DNA of 63,773 bases, filler included, from Sphacelaria rigidula (lineage: Eukaryota): NCBI GenBank assembly GCA_964200075.2. It is 9 parts of 9 records of this genome, joined end to end, with 100 filler letters (N's around TTAATTAATTAA, not from the genome) between each part and the next. Parts side by side here need not be neighbours in the genome. Positions count along the whole stretch, not along the records: positions 42,584 to 49,580 come from CAXNAA020017036.1; positions 49,681 to 56,677 come from CAXNAA020017037.1; positions 56,778 to 63,773 come from CAXNAA020017038.1; 6 more parts are not named here. One strand, written 5' to 3'. Numbering within the stretch: position 1 is the first letter of the stretch; each line of letters starts with the position of its first letter. The notes under the pieces were generated by a model. It searched no databases. It saw nothing but the letters and a program-made list of their open reading frames with translations, and was not told the DNA's origin. The position numbers and the translations under genes are program-made. Shown in pieces: positions 48,946 to 62,100 of the stretch.

Positions 48946-50411
48946 GTAAAACCGACGAAAAAAATCGGGAAAAGGAAAAAAAAATGTAGAACAAAAGGAA
49001 AAGGAAGAATAAAAAACGATAAAAAAAAAGGAAAAAACACAGAATAAGTAAAGGAAGGAATTATATATAAAAAAGGCCAGCTTTGTTATACCATGTCAAT
49101 TTTCATTTTGTATGTTTCCAGGGGGGGGAACAAAATTGGTCATTTAGATTCTTGCGTGTCCGTTGTGTCTGTCGGTCCGGGACTTTCTTTTGTCTAACGG
49201 CGGTCTATGGTATAGGTACGGTGACAATCTGTACATTTCATGTCTGGTGGCTTGTTTCACAGCGTCGTTGCCACTCGACGGCAACCCAAGGGCCTAAAGG
49301 TGAAGGGGGAGGGAGGCAGTTCACAAACATGAAAGTGCCGAACTTTTTCGTTCGCGACAGAAAAAAGTGCACAGCATGTAGATCTCCCCCGAGCAAGCAC
49401 ACCGACACTGCTACTTCTATTCAAAACTCCGATTGAAACTTCATACGTTCAGGCTACTGTATTATTTGTCGTTCCATTTGCTTTGATAAATGTCAAATAC
49501 GTGATCCCCCCCCGTTGCTCCGTCCCGAAAGGGATGCGTGGTCAATGGTCAAACGACTAAGGCAAGCAACAAATGAGTACNNNNNNNNNNNNNNNNNNNN
49601 NNNNNNNNNNNNNNNNNNNNNNNNTTAATTAATTAANNNNNNNNNNNNNNNNNNNNNNNNNNNNNNNNNNNNNNNNNNNNGTGTAGGTTGTAGCTTCTCA
49701 CTCGGTGAAAGAGTACGGAGTGTGCGGAGCCGTGACGTGGACTTGAACAGGACGGACTTTGCAAGCCGGTTTGGGTTGAGGTACAGAATTGACGGAGAGG
49801 GATGCGCCCACGAGGGAACATCCTGACACGGGAGAATGACACTCCCAGACTGGGGGTTGGATGATGATAGTCCCAGGGTGACATACCCGGGAAGACGGTC
49901 CGGGTTGACTAGCCCAGGGTTATTAGTAAGCGGTTCGGGTCACACAGAGGTCATGATAAGACGTATAGTGATGGGCCGTAAGTGAATATATATATATATT
50001 AGAGGGGAAAACCTTTCATGTCATGCATTAAACAATATTTTCGCAACACTTCTATGTGTGTGTGTGTGTGTGTGTGACTACGATCCTCCTGGAATACCCT
50101 CGTGCATAGTCTATGCGCAATCCTGTTCCTCAAAAACGAGAGTGAACGTCGGCGTTTCATGTACATGCATCGTGGGTCCGAGAGTAGTATAAACTATGGA
50201 AACTGACAAATTCACTGCGAAGCACCAAGCCCAGTCTTGGGGTTTAAAACATGAAATGGACATGACCAATGTTTGCAACGTACTTCTCTCACGTACCTCT
50301 CAGCTTCGGGGCAAAGGGTTCACGCGAATGGAAACAACGAGCCAACGAACCGCCGTTCCTCCACGGCCTTGCTCGATCGTGATATTGTTCTCTGCCATAA
50401 AATGACGATAG

Positions 50412-51041
50412 TCGTATGCAGCAACCATCACCAACTCCGAGAACTGTGGCAAAATGCTCCAACACAGCGAACCAGAGGACAGATACTACTGGGGGGAGAA
50501 CCTCGACATGTGCTGGACTACTGATCTCACCGTCGACTGCTACTCAGCCGGAGCAACGATGGTCAGACTTTGTGAGTTATTCAAGACGAAGCCGCTGTCG
50601 ATGAGAGTAAGGACAGGGGGGGTCGCCTGTCTGCGGTAGTGTTTCAGTATACGCAGGAGATCTTACGAAACCTCGCTCTTGTACTGTATTGCAGGGTAAT
50701 CACGAAGCACAGGTTGCTTCTTCGTGTCAAAATATTGGGGGTTTTGGTTTTTCGTTAATTTCTTCTTCGCACCCGCGCGAAACCATCCACCCATCTACGA
50801 AAACGTCCCGTTTCAAGAGCACATTGTTTTGTTTATCCTACACATTTTGGTTCCTTTCTCATCTCATGATATGTCTCGGACAAACAGATGATGAGGAAGT
50901 CGCCAACAGGGTGCCGAGCCAGTACCTCAAGCACGCTACCCAGATCATTTGGAAGGACACGACATCGTTCGGCTGCGCCGTGGACTCGTGCATCAAGGCT
51001 GGCCGGCGGTACAACTACCTAGTGTGCAACTACTCTCCTGC
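50412..51041 (+). CDS. CAP/SCP/PR-1 domain protein, partial (exons 50412-50571, 50888-51041)
   Basis: SYAATITNSENCGKMLQHSEPEDRYYWGENLDMCW...MVRL|YDEEVANRVPSQYLKHATQIIWKDTTSFGCAVDSC..YLVCNYSPA. CAP motifs HS, GENL, H.TQ..W..T...GCA and VCNY.P; phase-1 splice is compatible. Confidence 0.9.
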
Positions 51042-51847
51042 GTGAGTTTCTAGCATAAATGCTGGGGGGGGTTGTAAGTTTAACTATTAACGTTTCTCCC
51101 GACTGCATTTGTCGCTCGTTCTCACCGTTCTTAACGCTCCCCACAGAAATCCTGGAGCCTAACTCTTACATGTACGAATCATGGAACCACCATGCACTCA
51201 CCGGGCGTGCATCGTTCATTGATCAATATCAAATCGCGCGTTTTGCTGACGTCTTCGTCCAGGAACGAACGACGACTGCACCCCCCGTAACGCCTCCCTC
51301 GTCCGGCTACGGTTTGTTGGTTGTTGTCGATGAATGCAGCAATCGCATAACCCCAAACACTCGGTCGGTCAAAACGCAGTTGCTGGTTGCTGGTATCTTT
51401 ACATTACCGTCACGAATCCACGAACATTTGGTTGGAGCTTACGAAGCCGTACATGAATCTTCGAGTACCCTGAGACAGCCCCAAGCGACGTATCCTCGAA
51501 AAGCCACGAATCAAGTGTGCCGGCAGTTTTCTACTCCCGTATTACCATGTATGTAAGCGTTGTCTCTACTATCCAGCAAATGAGAGCTCCTGCTCGTAAC
51601 CCCGCAGAAGCACGTGAACCTATAGCTTTCAAGTATATCTTATGTGGCAGGCGCTTCAAAGTTGACGCGACCTCGCAGGACATTTTTCACGTCCTTCGTG
51701 AACATTGCGCCCACCGTATATAGTTATGGTGGGGATCCTGAATGCTCTGGTTACGATAGCGGAGGTGCTCTGGCCACTCGTGTTGTTCCAATGATTTTCA
51801 GCACACAGCTCTTGGGTTCTCGCCCTTTTCCCCTCCATTGTTGTCAA

Positions 51848-52108
51848 GACACTTTCTACGATAGCCCTCCCCCAGAACCAGTCCAGAAGTGTCACGAAAC
51901 ATGATCATACAGCGCCTGATGTTTGGGTTCCGGCTGCATGAAGCTGAAGCGCTTCATATGGGCGACATTGGCGAGATTGAACCCAAGCTTGGGAATTTCC
52001 AGCTGCTCGTTGTGCTTAGTTTTTTCCACTTCGATATACGTGAAGATTTTGCCTCCGCCAACCTGGCACTTTTTGGGGGGGGGGGGGGGGGGTATCGTAG
52101 AAAGTGTC
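51848..52108. mobile_element. MITE with 4-bp TSD (same family as 27641-27890)
   Basis: TIR GACACTTTCTACGATA / TATCGTAGAAAGTGTC; TSD TCAA. Confidence 0.85.
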
Positions 52109-52139
52109 TCAAACATGAATGTTTGTCCCCCCCCTCCTG

Positions 52140-52310
52140 CGGGGATAAGATACGCAAAAAGGGTTTGCCTCATGTACGGAAGAAACGTCATGAGCACCAA
52201 AATGTTGGAGGTGCCTCTACTTGGAGAAGGAACAATGCTTCGTCTCGAAAGGGGTGCGTGGTCAATGATCAACCGACTAAGTCGGGCACCAAATGAGTAT
52301 GCGTTCCCCC
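52140..52310 (+). mobile_element. LINE 3' end copy
   Basis: Encodes RKKRHEHQNVGGASTWRRNNASSRKGCVVNDQPTKSGTK*; C-runs on both sides. Confidence 0.75.
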
Positions 52311-53437
52311 CATCCCCACTCCGACCCTGCCGCCACCTCTTTCTTGTCACAGTGGCAACGTCGACGGCCAATATGAAGAGCAAGTGGAAGCACCGTCCCA
52401 GACTAGAGCGACCTGCGGCTACCCGTAGTACGTTGCCGACCGAAGATCATGATGAGTTGATTGCGGCGAGACAGTCGCGAAACAGGCGTCGGGGATGGAT
52501 GGTGTTGCTTAAGCTTGATGTCCTCTCGTCGCTGACTCATATCACAACACACCGGTTAACGCTGGTGGACCGACTCAATTGCAGCCACATGACGATTTTC
52601 GTGTTGTATGTATCAATGCCGACCACTCGAATACAAGTCTGTGACGGGAGCTATATATTGCATCATCAGCTACAGCTGTGAGAAGGGGGGCTTTCTACTT
52701 GAGTTGCAATAAAATCCGTCCTGCTTCCACGTGTCGTTGAGATTGTGTGGAGTAAGTGAGCGACTGGTTTTTTTCTCGGTATTTTTCGTTCATTTTGACG
52801 TACAAGAGTTTGAAACGTCCACGTTGTCGTCGCTGAGGATTTCTTTTCGAACATGCGTGTGATGTTTCGTCGGATTTTATGCGTATCTTCGATGTTACTC
52901 TTCTTTGCAAGTGGCGTACTAGCCGAAAGATCAGCGAGTCTTGAGATCAGACTGCGTATATCCTATGATATGTGAGTGCACTATACATATGGAAATTAGA
53001 GCAACTTTTATAAGCAGTAGAAAGAGCGGTATGTGTATACATTCATTCGTCAACCCGAGTATACGTGGCATATCGGGCTTCATGTTGTGGATGGATATCC
53101 TCACCGCCAGATATTCGAATGGTTTTTGCTTCATCCGCCGTTTATTCTATAAGAATACATGACAATAGCATAGATCAGGTGGGTTGGGCGATATTGCATC
53201 TGGTTGCGCGTTGCGGCTCGGCTTGCGTGTGATGTGATCTGCCTTTGACTTGTCTCTGGAAAACCTGAGAATAAAGACGCGAGTGGCAAAGCTATTTATG
53301 TGATGAAAAGTCCACGCACTGAACCAATCCACGATATCAAAGCAAGTGCAACGCGTACAACGGGAGAGGAGAGCTGATTCCTGGAGACTGCATACTCGTC
53401 CCGAGGGTTTGAAAGTTCAACGGAATGAAGAAACTAA

Positions 53438-53907
53438 GGCCAACTCTAATGGGAGTCGTTCAAAATTCCTGTGGAAAACTGCCTGTTGGGCCCTTCTCCG
53501 TCAATTTTCGCCCGAAAAGGGGGTTAGGCGGATGCTGACGCCTTGGAATGACTTGCTCTACTCGTTGAGACGCTTCCAGAGCAACTTTGTATTTCCCGAT
53601 GGCGGCACTTTTGTTTTTGGCCAAACGAGGCCAAGCACGGCTTTTCAGTAAAAAACGGCGTGGTGATCAAAATTTCCCCGTTTTTTTATCGCTTGACCGT
53701 TTTCTGTTGAAAATCCGTGTTCGGCCAAAGATAAAAGTGCTGCCAGCGGGAAATGCAAAGTTGTCCTGGGACGGCCTCAATGAGTAGAGCAAGTTATCCC
53801 AAGGCGTCAACCGCCGCCCAGCCCTCTTTTCAGTCTTAAAACGACGGAGAAGGGCCGAAATGGCAGTTTAAAACAGGAATTTTGAACGGCTCCCATTAGA
53901 GTCGGTC
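53438..53907. mobile_element. PIF/Harbinger (Tourist-like) MITE, 470 bp
   Basis: TAA TSD; ~35-bp TIR GGCCAACTCTAATGGGAGTCGTTCAAAATTCCTGT / ACAGGAATTTTGAACGGCTCCCATTAGAGTCGGTC. Confidence 0.85.
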
Positions 53908-56900
53908 TAACAATTCTCCTTCTTGTTGTTTTTGTAGTTGCTCTTGCTTCTAACATCAGCACGTTTCCAAAACTCTAGCGCCCGTGGTCGCAAAGCCATG
54001 ACGCAGAACTGCAAACAAGAAAAAATATGCAATGCGCCCACGAATAGGAGAACACGGAGCGTGGGGGGACGGAACTCCACACGCAAGTCAGCGGGAAAAC
54101 AAGACACAACGTACGGCCATTTCGCCATGAACCATTCCATCCTGTTTTTCACCTTGTAAACCGTTCTTGCGATTCCTTGGTCTTGCTCTTCACCTCCCCT
54201 CCTCCTTCACCCGTGGACAGATAGCACCCTGTGGGGCGCACTGTGCAAGGTCCGTACAGGGTCCTGCACAGTCTTTTTGAAAAAACCCTGACAGTGAAAA
54301 TCCAAACCTGTACCCCTCGTAGAGTTTTGATAGGGTTTTCCCCAGGGTTGGGTTTACGTCCCTGTGTAGGCTTTCGGCAAAGCCCTACACAGTCATGTGG
54401 TAGTGTTTTGGTGGAAAACCCACACGTTTTTTTTTTATAATTCCAAATATTTTGGTACAAAATCTGTAAATTTAAATATTTTGAATAGCTTGTCCTCCTG
54501 TCCGAGGTAAATCGCTTTCCACCCGATTTGAATCGAGCGAAAAGGAGTTTATTTTGGACACCAGGACAAGCTATTCAAAACAGATCCTTTTTTCGCCCAA
54601 TTCATTTCAGCAAAAAAAAAGGAATTATTTCGAACAGCAGAAAAAGCTGTTCAAGATCGATGATTTTTTCGCCCATTTTTGAAATGAGCAAAAAAGGGAT
54701 CAATTTCGAACAGCTTCTTCTGCTGCGCAAATCCCATACACACTGACAGATTCGGAATTTGAACAGCAGAAGAAGCTCGAAAGAAATCTTTACTTTGCCC
54801 TCCAAATCATCCGGAGATTGGGGGCAAAGAGATTAATTGTGAGCAGCGTCAGCTGCTGGGCAAATCCCGCATACTGCATCGTTACCAGCGCATGGGATCC
54901 GACACGCAGAAAAAGTTGCTGAAATGTATTCATCCTTTAGCCCCCCAGTCCATCCTTTCGCCCCCCAGTCCATGTGTACATGGGCTAAAGGATGAATAGC
55001 TCTCAACAGCTTTCGCTGAGTAGAGATCCCACGCGTTGGATACGTGTCTATGTCCACACCTGTGCTTCATCTGAAACCCCTGGGAAGGGGTAGCAAGATG
55101 CTGGATGAACGGGTATACCTCACCCATGTACGGACATACTTCACAAAAAAACCGTATTCGATGGTCTACCAACAACACGAACCATGTGTAGAAAATATCA
55201 CTTAATCAATCGTATATTAATAGTATGTAGACCGTTACCCCAAGATATATATACTCCGTATATATCACCGCACACATATCGAACATCAATGAACACCCGC
55301 CCGCACAACAGTATTATTCCGCCCAGCAATACCACCACAACCCTGCAGCAAAGAGCACGGGTTGGGCACAGAGATATAGGCACATACACACTGCCGTGGG
55401 TGGATATGATGTATTTCTCGTTGGTGGAAACTTGAGCTCCTTCTTCCATGGTCGCGACATCGCGCGGCGACGATATATGCGGGGTGCGTATGTAGGCGGG
55501 TGCGAGGAACAATCAACCGGCCGCCTATATTATGCATATACACAGTCACCATATGCATGCTGCGGACGCACAGCGATATAACGTAGTGCAGCATACAGGC
55601 CGTACGACATGCTGTACGTTGTTCAAGTCATTTTCACGTCGCACTGTAGGTAGAGAACATACATATACACACTGTCCTGCGCTGTCTGTACTGCACTTTC
55701 CTCCTTCCCTTTCACGCCCTACTTACTGTGCTGCAGCAGCTGTGCGCAAATACGCTGTGGAACGCGCGTGAAAAACTGGAGTTCGTGACGGTATATAACA
55801 CCCGCCCCATATATTGAAATACGCTGCAGGCATCTACATTGTATATATAGCCAGCCATCTGCGGTACAAGACGCCGCACGTATAAGCACGGCGGTATAGC
55901 GCACTGTCCTGCATGCAATGGTATTGTACAGTCCAGTACAGTTTGTTGTTGTGAATATATATCCCGAGTACGCATTATCAACCGCGCGATGAGATGTTTC
56001 ATTATTCCCTGTATAGTGTTTTAGTTTCGTCGACACGGGACTACGGGGTTTTCATCAGGTATGTGAATGGATGACCGAGGTTAGTTGTGACACGCTATGA
56101 TATCGTCAGCTGCAACAAACGCTGGCGTACAGTATGTTTGACTTGAACAGCTGAAGCTACTCGCGAGCAAGTTCTTTCTCCACCTAAATTCAGGTATTCT
56201 TGGCGGTGTACACATTCCATCTGCTATATATAGTATACATGGGATTACCTGTACAGCTTAAGCTCTTCGAAATGAACCCTTTTCCCCCTATTCCAAGTTT
56301 GGAATTAGGATTTATTTCGAACAGCAGAGGCTGTCCGAATTCCAGATTCCCATTACACTTGTGCCTCTAAAAACAATTCGGGGGATTTCAGTGTTATTGA
56401 CACGGGCCTTCGAGGGCCCCAAAATTCAGAAGTACGAAGAATACCTTCCATCCACAACGACTATCATGCGTAGCTCCGTTTGTTACCGGTTGGCTATGCA
56501 ACGATGAAGTCGAGGGCTCGATTCCCCGTCCAACGTAATCAGTTCTTTTTCCGCCAATACCTTGCGCCCGCAGCTGCATGTGGAGGGTAGTGTTTGTGCG
56601 TAAACACATTCCACAGCAATGCCAGCAGCGATGAACTCTTCACGGGGCGACGGAACCCTGTGATGCACACTATTAACNNNNNNNNNNNNNNNNNNNNNNN
56701 NNNNNNNNNNNNNNNNNNNNNTTAATTAATTAANNNNNNNNNNNNNNNNNNNNNNNNNNNNNNNNNNNNNNNNNNNNAGAAAGCATAGAGCTCTACGAAC
56801 GTGTTCGTCGAGTTCGGCGTTGCCAAACGCGGAGATGAATTCTCAAATTTGTTCCGAAAAATCGGGGACAGGCCAATTTATCCCCGAATTGACTTTTTTC

Positions 56901-58148
56901 CCTCTTCGGTGCCGGAAAGTGGTGCATTGTGCAGTGTTACGCCGATTAAACAAAACAAAATGATATGACCCGCCCGCCTACAAGAATCATTGTACACGGA
57001 ATGAGCTAGCACCAGCTGCAAAGTACCTGCAGCTCGCACGGGTTGCTAGCCCTACACGAAGGAGCACATGTCCAACAGGCGGCACCGGTGGGAAGCTTTG
57101 TTCAAGGCGGAGTGTCGCTGCCAGTTTTCGGGTGAGAAGGTGATTAGTTACCGAGTCGGCCGGTCTGAACGGTGTTGCTCTGTATGGGTTCCTCGTGGCC
57201 AGAATGTCGTGCGATGGTACGCAGAGTGGTGACAGTCACGCCAGGGGTTCGAAGGCCAAACGGTGTGCATGGGGTAGTCTGTGACGCATAGAACCTATCT
57301 GAAAAAGAACTACATCGATTCGGGGAGGAGCCAGCCCACAAGAGGCGATTGACTGCAAGTATGTCTAGCGGTAGGCGAGCGCAGCAAACTGCATATAAAT
57401 TTCAGTATAAAAGCTAATGATCCACCTCACCGCCCCGTTGTCATGACGTGTACTGTTCTCGAATATTACAGCATTGTACCGCAAACACCACACGCGCTGT
57501 GTACGGTCAAGCAGGGTATGTGACAGGATGGCGACACACCGGTCACTGTTGCGTGCTGGGCTGTGCTGTTGTGTCTACACTCGAGTGTCATGTACTGTAC
57601 CGTCATATACTGTAAACGAACAGCACGTTCCGGTGCGGTGCACTGTCTGGCGAAAGTACAGTACACAACACGCAGTCTCGTGGAGCCGCGTGCCGTCGTC
57701 TGTTGCACACGACTGCATCGTACTGTGCTGATCCGTACTGATTAGGGTGATCCGCGATCACGTGCGGGGTATTGTGTGACGATACCCGAGAGCACGCCGT
57801 CGCGTGCTGCACGACAGTTTTGGGTGCAGTACTCGACTATACTCCACTCCGCTGTTGCGTACTGAAAACGATCGCGAACCGCCCGCTAAGGTGCTGCCTT
57901 CTGTTATTCTGTAAGGTACTGCTTTGTACTTCACTGCAGTGCACTGTAAAGTGCCGTGCACGGTCCACTTTCATGCACTGTTCGGTATCACCATGTTGTT
58001 CACTTTTATCATGTATTGGAATGTATTGCTGTCCATCGCATAAAATGTCGTGTACTGAACTATATGGCTTGGTTCCGTAATAGGGTACTCCGTTGTGTTG
58101 GCCATTGCCGTGGTGAACGCATCGGTAGACGGCCCCAGCTGTTGGAAG

Positions 58149-58359
58149 TGTAATGCGTGAGAGGACCGCGTGCTTAGAGGACCGCGCCGTGGTTCAAATC
58201 ACCTTAGGATCGACGTTTTTCAAAACCAATCGGGCCAGTCCCTGCAGGTACCACGCCCCTGACCATAACCCTAACACTAACCCTGGCCCTAACCCTAACC
58301 ATGGGGATGTTCACATTCCGATGCGGTCCTCTAAGCACGCGGTCCTCTCACGCATTACA
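58149..58359. mobile_element. 211-bp TGT...ACA MITE with perfect 37-bp TIRs, 5-bp TSD and internal CCCTAA repeats (Ginger-like)
   Basis: GGAAG-TGTAATGCGTGAGAGGACCGCGTGCTTAGAGGACCGC ... GCGGTCCTCTAAGCACGCGGTCCTCTCACGCATTACA-GGAAG. Confidence 0.85.
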
Positions 58360-59496
58360 GGAAGGATCATGGCACCAGTCCTCACCCGCTGTCGTTCGCA
58401 ATTTACCTCCAGGTCTGTCAACATGAACACGTCCTGCGAGGAACGTTGCCGGAGAGGGCAGTGGTGACCCGAAGATGAAGTAAATGGCGCTGCCACTCCG
58501 GTGAGAGGCGCCCCCCCTGTCATCGTGCACAAGATACCCTTCATGGTCTGCCGCCGCACTCGAGATTGTGTCGGAACGAGGGCATACCTAAGTAGCTGCG
58601 GTATTCCTTCGAACATCAGGGTGTCTTACGTCATATGTTGACAACTACGCAGTAGTGGGTGCGTGATGTGTTGAGGGCTGTTTTGGGGGTTTTCTAGCAT
58701 GTTACGCTTCGATACAACTCCAAACTTCAAAGTACTAGCGTCGGTAGACGTTGATAAATGAAACAGACCGTTGTCGAAACAAAGCTCACAAATTAAACAG
58801 CGTTTTCGTGAGATGAAAAGTAGAGGATACGATTGAGAATGAAAAGCCGCAAATTACTGAATGGACAGTCTCAGTTACGAAATATCCCTCTATACGCCCG
58901 ATATGCTACGTGCAGTTTGTTACCACTGAAGCCGTTGATATCCTTGATTACGATATCGACGTGTAGCTGTAAGCACACGCCAGCGTTACAGGCGAAGAAG
59001 AACACACAGAGATTGAAAATTTGGTCAAGTTAAAGCGAATGATCGAACCCACTCTCAATCGACGCTCTGCGCCCAATCTCACGAAAACAATGTTGCTAGT
59101 GTTGTATGGTGTGATCAGGCGACACAAGTAGAATCCCCGTTAATTCGGACGGGGTTACTCACCGTTAAACACAGCTGTTCAAATTAAAGAAACAAGCCCG
59201 TTAATTGCCTCACACATAGCTGCACAGATACGATCAGGACAGGCACAGGCTCGATCGACCGAAAATACCGCAGGGTCAAAATCTCGGCTGAAAGGCGGCA
59301 AGACTCCCCGTCCTTGGCCAGCCCATAAGTCACTGAGTATTCAGTACAGATATGGATGTTTTTATTGGATTGCACAGCGGATACAAATACCTTGAGATCC
59401 TCAACGTCATGAGCGGTGGCAATCGATACAATATTAGAAGACCATCAATCACGAAGGAATCACAGAAGGAACAGTTCAGAGGGCCACTACCATATA

Positions 59497-61540
59497 CTCC
59501 CTCGGCCCGGAAATGTAAGATCGGTTAGGATTTTCGAAATATAAGATCGCTTTTGTCGTCGAGGGGGTTTCAAAATGTTTTTTTGTGCCATTTTTATTTT
59601 GCCGTGCTCCCATCGGTATACAGATGGAAGATATGGCCTACAACAGGGTTAGAGAAATTTGCATCCCTCCGAATAATTGTTCCTCTCTCCGGATGGATTT
59701 CCCGAAGATCCGGTGAGTAAGGAAACTCGGATACCGCTTTTTCTACTGTATGGAGCGAAGGCAAGTTTTTTTCTCAATTTCTTTTCATGAGTGCAATTTT
59801 GGCTCTATAGAGAATGCTGTAGACGGAAAATTTGATAAACAAACAACCATCTTCCCTTTTGAATGGGAGCAAAGTCACAGGGTGCCAAAAATCGGCACCT
59901 TTGAAGCGAAAAAACGGCATGAAGATAAACATATTGAGGGAAAAGAAGTGTTTCTTTCGAAGAAAAACATACGTTTCAGCCGCCAGAATCACGTCTGCAG
60001 AGGTTATCGTGAGCCTCACCCATCATCATTTTGCATGTTTGGTCGGTGGTAGCGATCGCGGGCGTTAACGCCGACAGCTACGGAGGAACGTCCATGTAGT
60101 TCGAGAGTATCCACGAATCGGTTGTGCCCAGGCCAGAAAAAAAAGAATATTCACGCATCGGTAGCGCTGAAGACGTGAAAAACCCTTGTGTTTGCTTATG
60201 GAACCGTGAATATCGGCAGGGCAGAATTCGGAAGAGTGTACCTTGCAGCGGGCAGGAACAAAATTATGTTAAACATGTTTTTTTTCGCTCTGCGTCGATT
60301 CAAGACCCAAATTATGGGTAGGCGAAGTTTCACACGTTGAAATGACTGGATCTACTCCTTCAAGCGGTTTCACGATGTCTTGGCGTTTAGTGGTGATGTT
60401 TTTTTTTCGCACAAACACGCATTTTTGTCAAGGGATGATGAAGATTCCAATCAAGGAAATATCGCCGTTTTCTTTGTAGACTTGACCGTCTCTGGACAAG
60501 ACAGCTCGTTGGGTCGCTCGTACACTGCTCCCCACAGAGGATGCTTCTGTGTCGTAAAACCCCGAACAGGAGTGGAGGATCTCGTTCCTACGTGTAAAAC
60601 TCTGCCTCTATTTTAGGGCATCGATTGCTGAAGAACGACCACAAAAACATTTGCTCAGTACTGTATCTTTGCTTCTATATCGAGAAGCGTCAGCTGCACC
60701 GCGGAAAAGCAAATAAGGTTGCGGGAATTATGCGGATCCACTCAAAAGTGCAGAGATCGTCCGTGTCACCATCCTTGTCACATGTCTTACTGCGAAAGTG
60801 CGCTCTTCTCCGTCCATAGATACTGTGTCTACAACGACGGATCGGAAGTGGTCCCGACGTGGGGAGTTCTGTGTACGGGATACTTGCGCCATATCGCAAC
60901 GGAGACTACACCTAACGCACTTCACACGTGATGCGAGGGAAGGACGGATCGCGCCGAGGGGAAGAAAACACAATGAGTTGCGTCGTTTGAAGGAGGCGTT
61001 GCGGGGGAACTCCGGCGTCGATTCGCCATTGCATCGATGGAGACACCGACCATATCCGTACCCTCCTCTTGTCCAACACCCATGGTGTAGGATTTAAACA
61101 CGAGAAACACTCGTTCCATCCTTCGACTGCACTGTCCCGTGCTTGCCGTCAGTGGTGCCTTTTCCGTCAGGTGATCGCAGGGACGGGCGCCGAGGTTTGT
61201 CGCGGATGACCTAAATAAGCTCGGAATGGCACCAGGCTGGACACGGTGTTCGTTCCTAACTATGCTGAGCGAACTGGTCACCCGTTTTGAAGCGATTGTT
61301 AGGGTACTGGATGTAGGTTTTTGCGGCTATCATGACGAAGTCGGTGACAAAAGGTCTACTGGGCGTCCTTTGCTGTGCGATCATGCGGGTGCAGGCGCAC
61401 GTCATAGCAAGCTATCGATCGACGCCCGAGCGGAATCCGTTCTGGCGCAGCCTCCTAGAATGCTCCTCGCATTTGTTGTTGTCATGGCTACGGTTTGAGG
61501 GCTATGTGAAGATATGTATGAGATTCAGGTCCTGACTGGC
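59497..61540 (+). mobile_element. Highly decayed DD39D-type (Stowaway-partner) mariner element
   Basis: Left end TA-CTCCCTC-GGCCC..AAATGTAAG. Collinear remnants TTTDRKWS (~60830, cf. HIDEKWF), METPTISV (~61038, cf. LETKPI) and VLDVGF/FAAIM (~61303, cf. VLDLGFFAAIQ). No right TIR found. Confidence 0.5.
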
Positions 61541-62100
61541 GACGGTGAAGGCAGCACATAGGGTGGACTTCTTCTGGAGGTACCCTGTACGGTATATCGT
61601 CTCCATTCATGGTGCTTACAAGGGGGTAAAGTAATTAATGTATTTCAAAGGCAAATCCCCCTCCCAACCACCTCTGCGTGATCGGAGCGCGCCTCCATGC
61701 TCCGGCAGAGGACCGGACTGGAATGTTCGCCACACATGAGGGTGTGCGGCGTAGTATGCCAACATCATTCCCCCCTTTCGGCATATATGCCAGTGAAGAA
61801 CATGTTCGAAAATATTTGTGCGCCTTACTACTGTTAGGGGGCGATGCTCTTGCTCACATCGGTCTCCCACACAAGAGTTGCAGCTTTCGTGTAAGTCTTC
61901 TTCGGAGATAGGTTGTATTATTTGAGAGACCGCAGCACCTAGCGGCGGGCGTTGGCTACACCGGGGCCAGCAAACATGTCTTGTAACATATCCTGACGTA
62001 CAATTTGCTTCTCTGATCCTTCGAAGCGCTTTCATATTACAATGGAAGGCCCGGATCAAATGGGGGAGCCGTGGGCACCGGCGTCCTTGCAAAAGATGTA

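Noticed and set aside
30232..51041. RGS + adenylate cyclase + CAP as a linked signalling system
   Set aside because: They lie on three different contigs joined artificially.
56468..56530. tRNA-like sequence
   Set aside because: Degenerate A and B boxes and no intact cloverleaf; at most a SINE head remnant.
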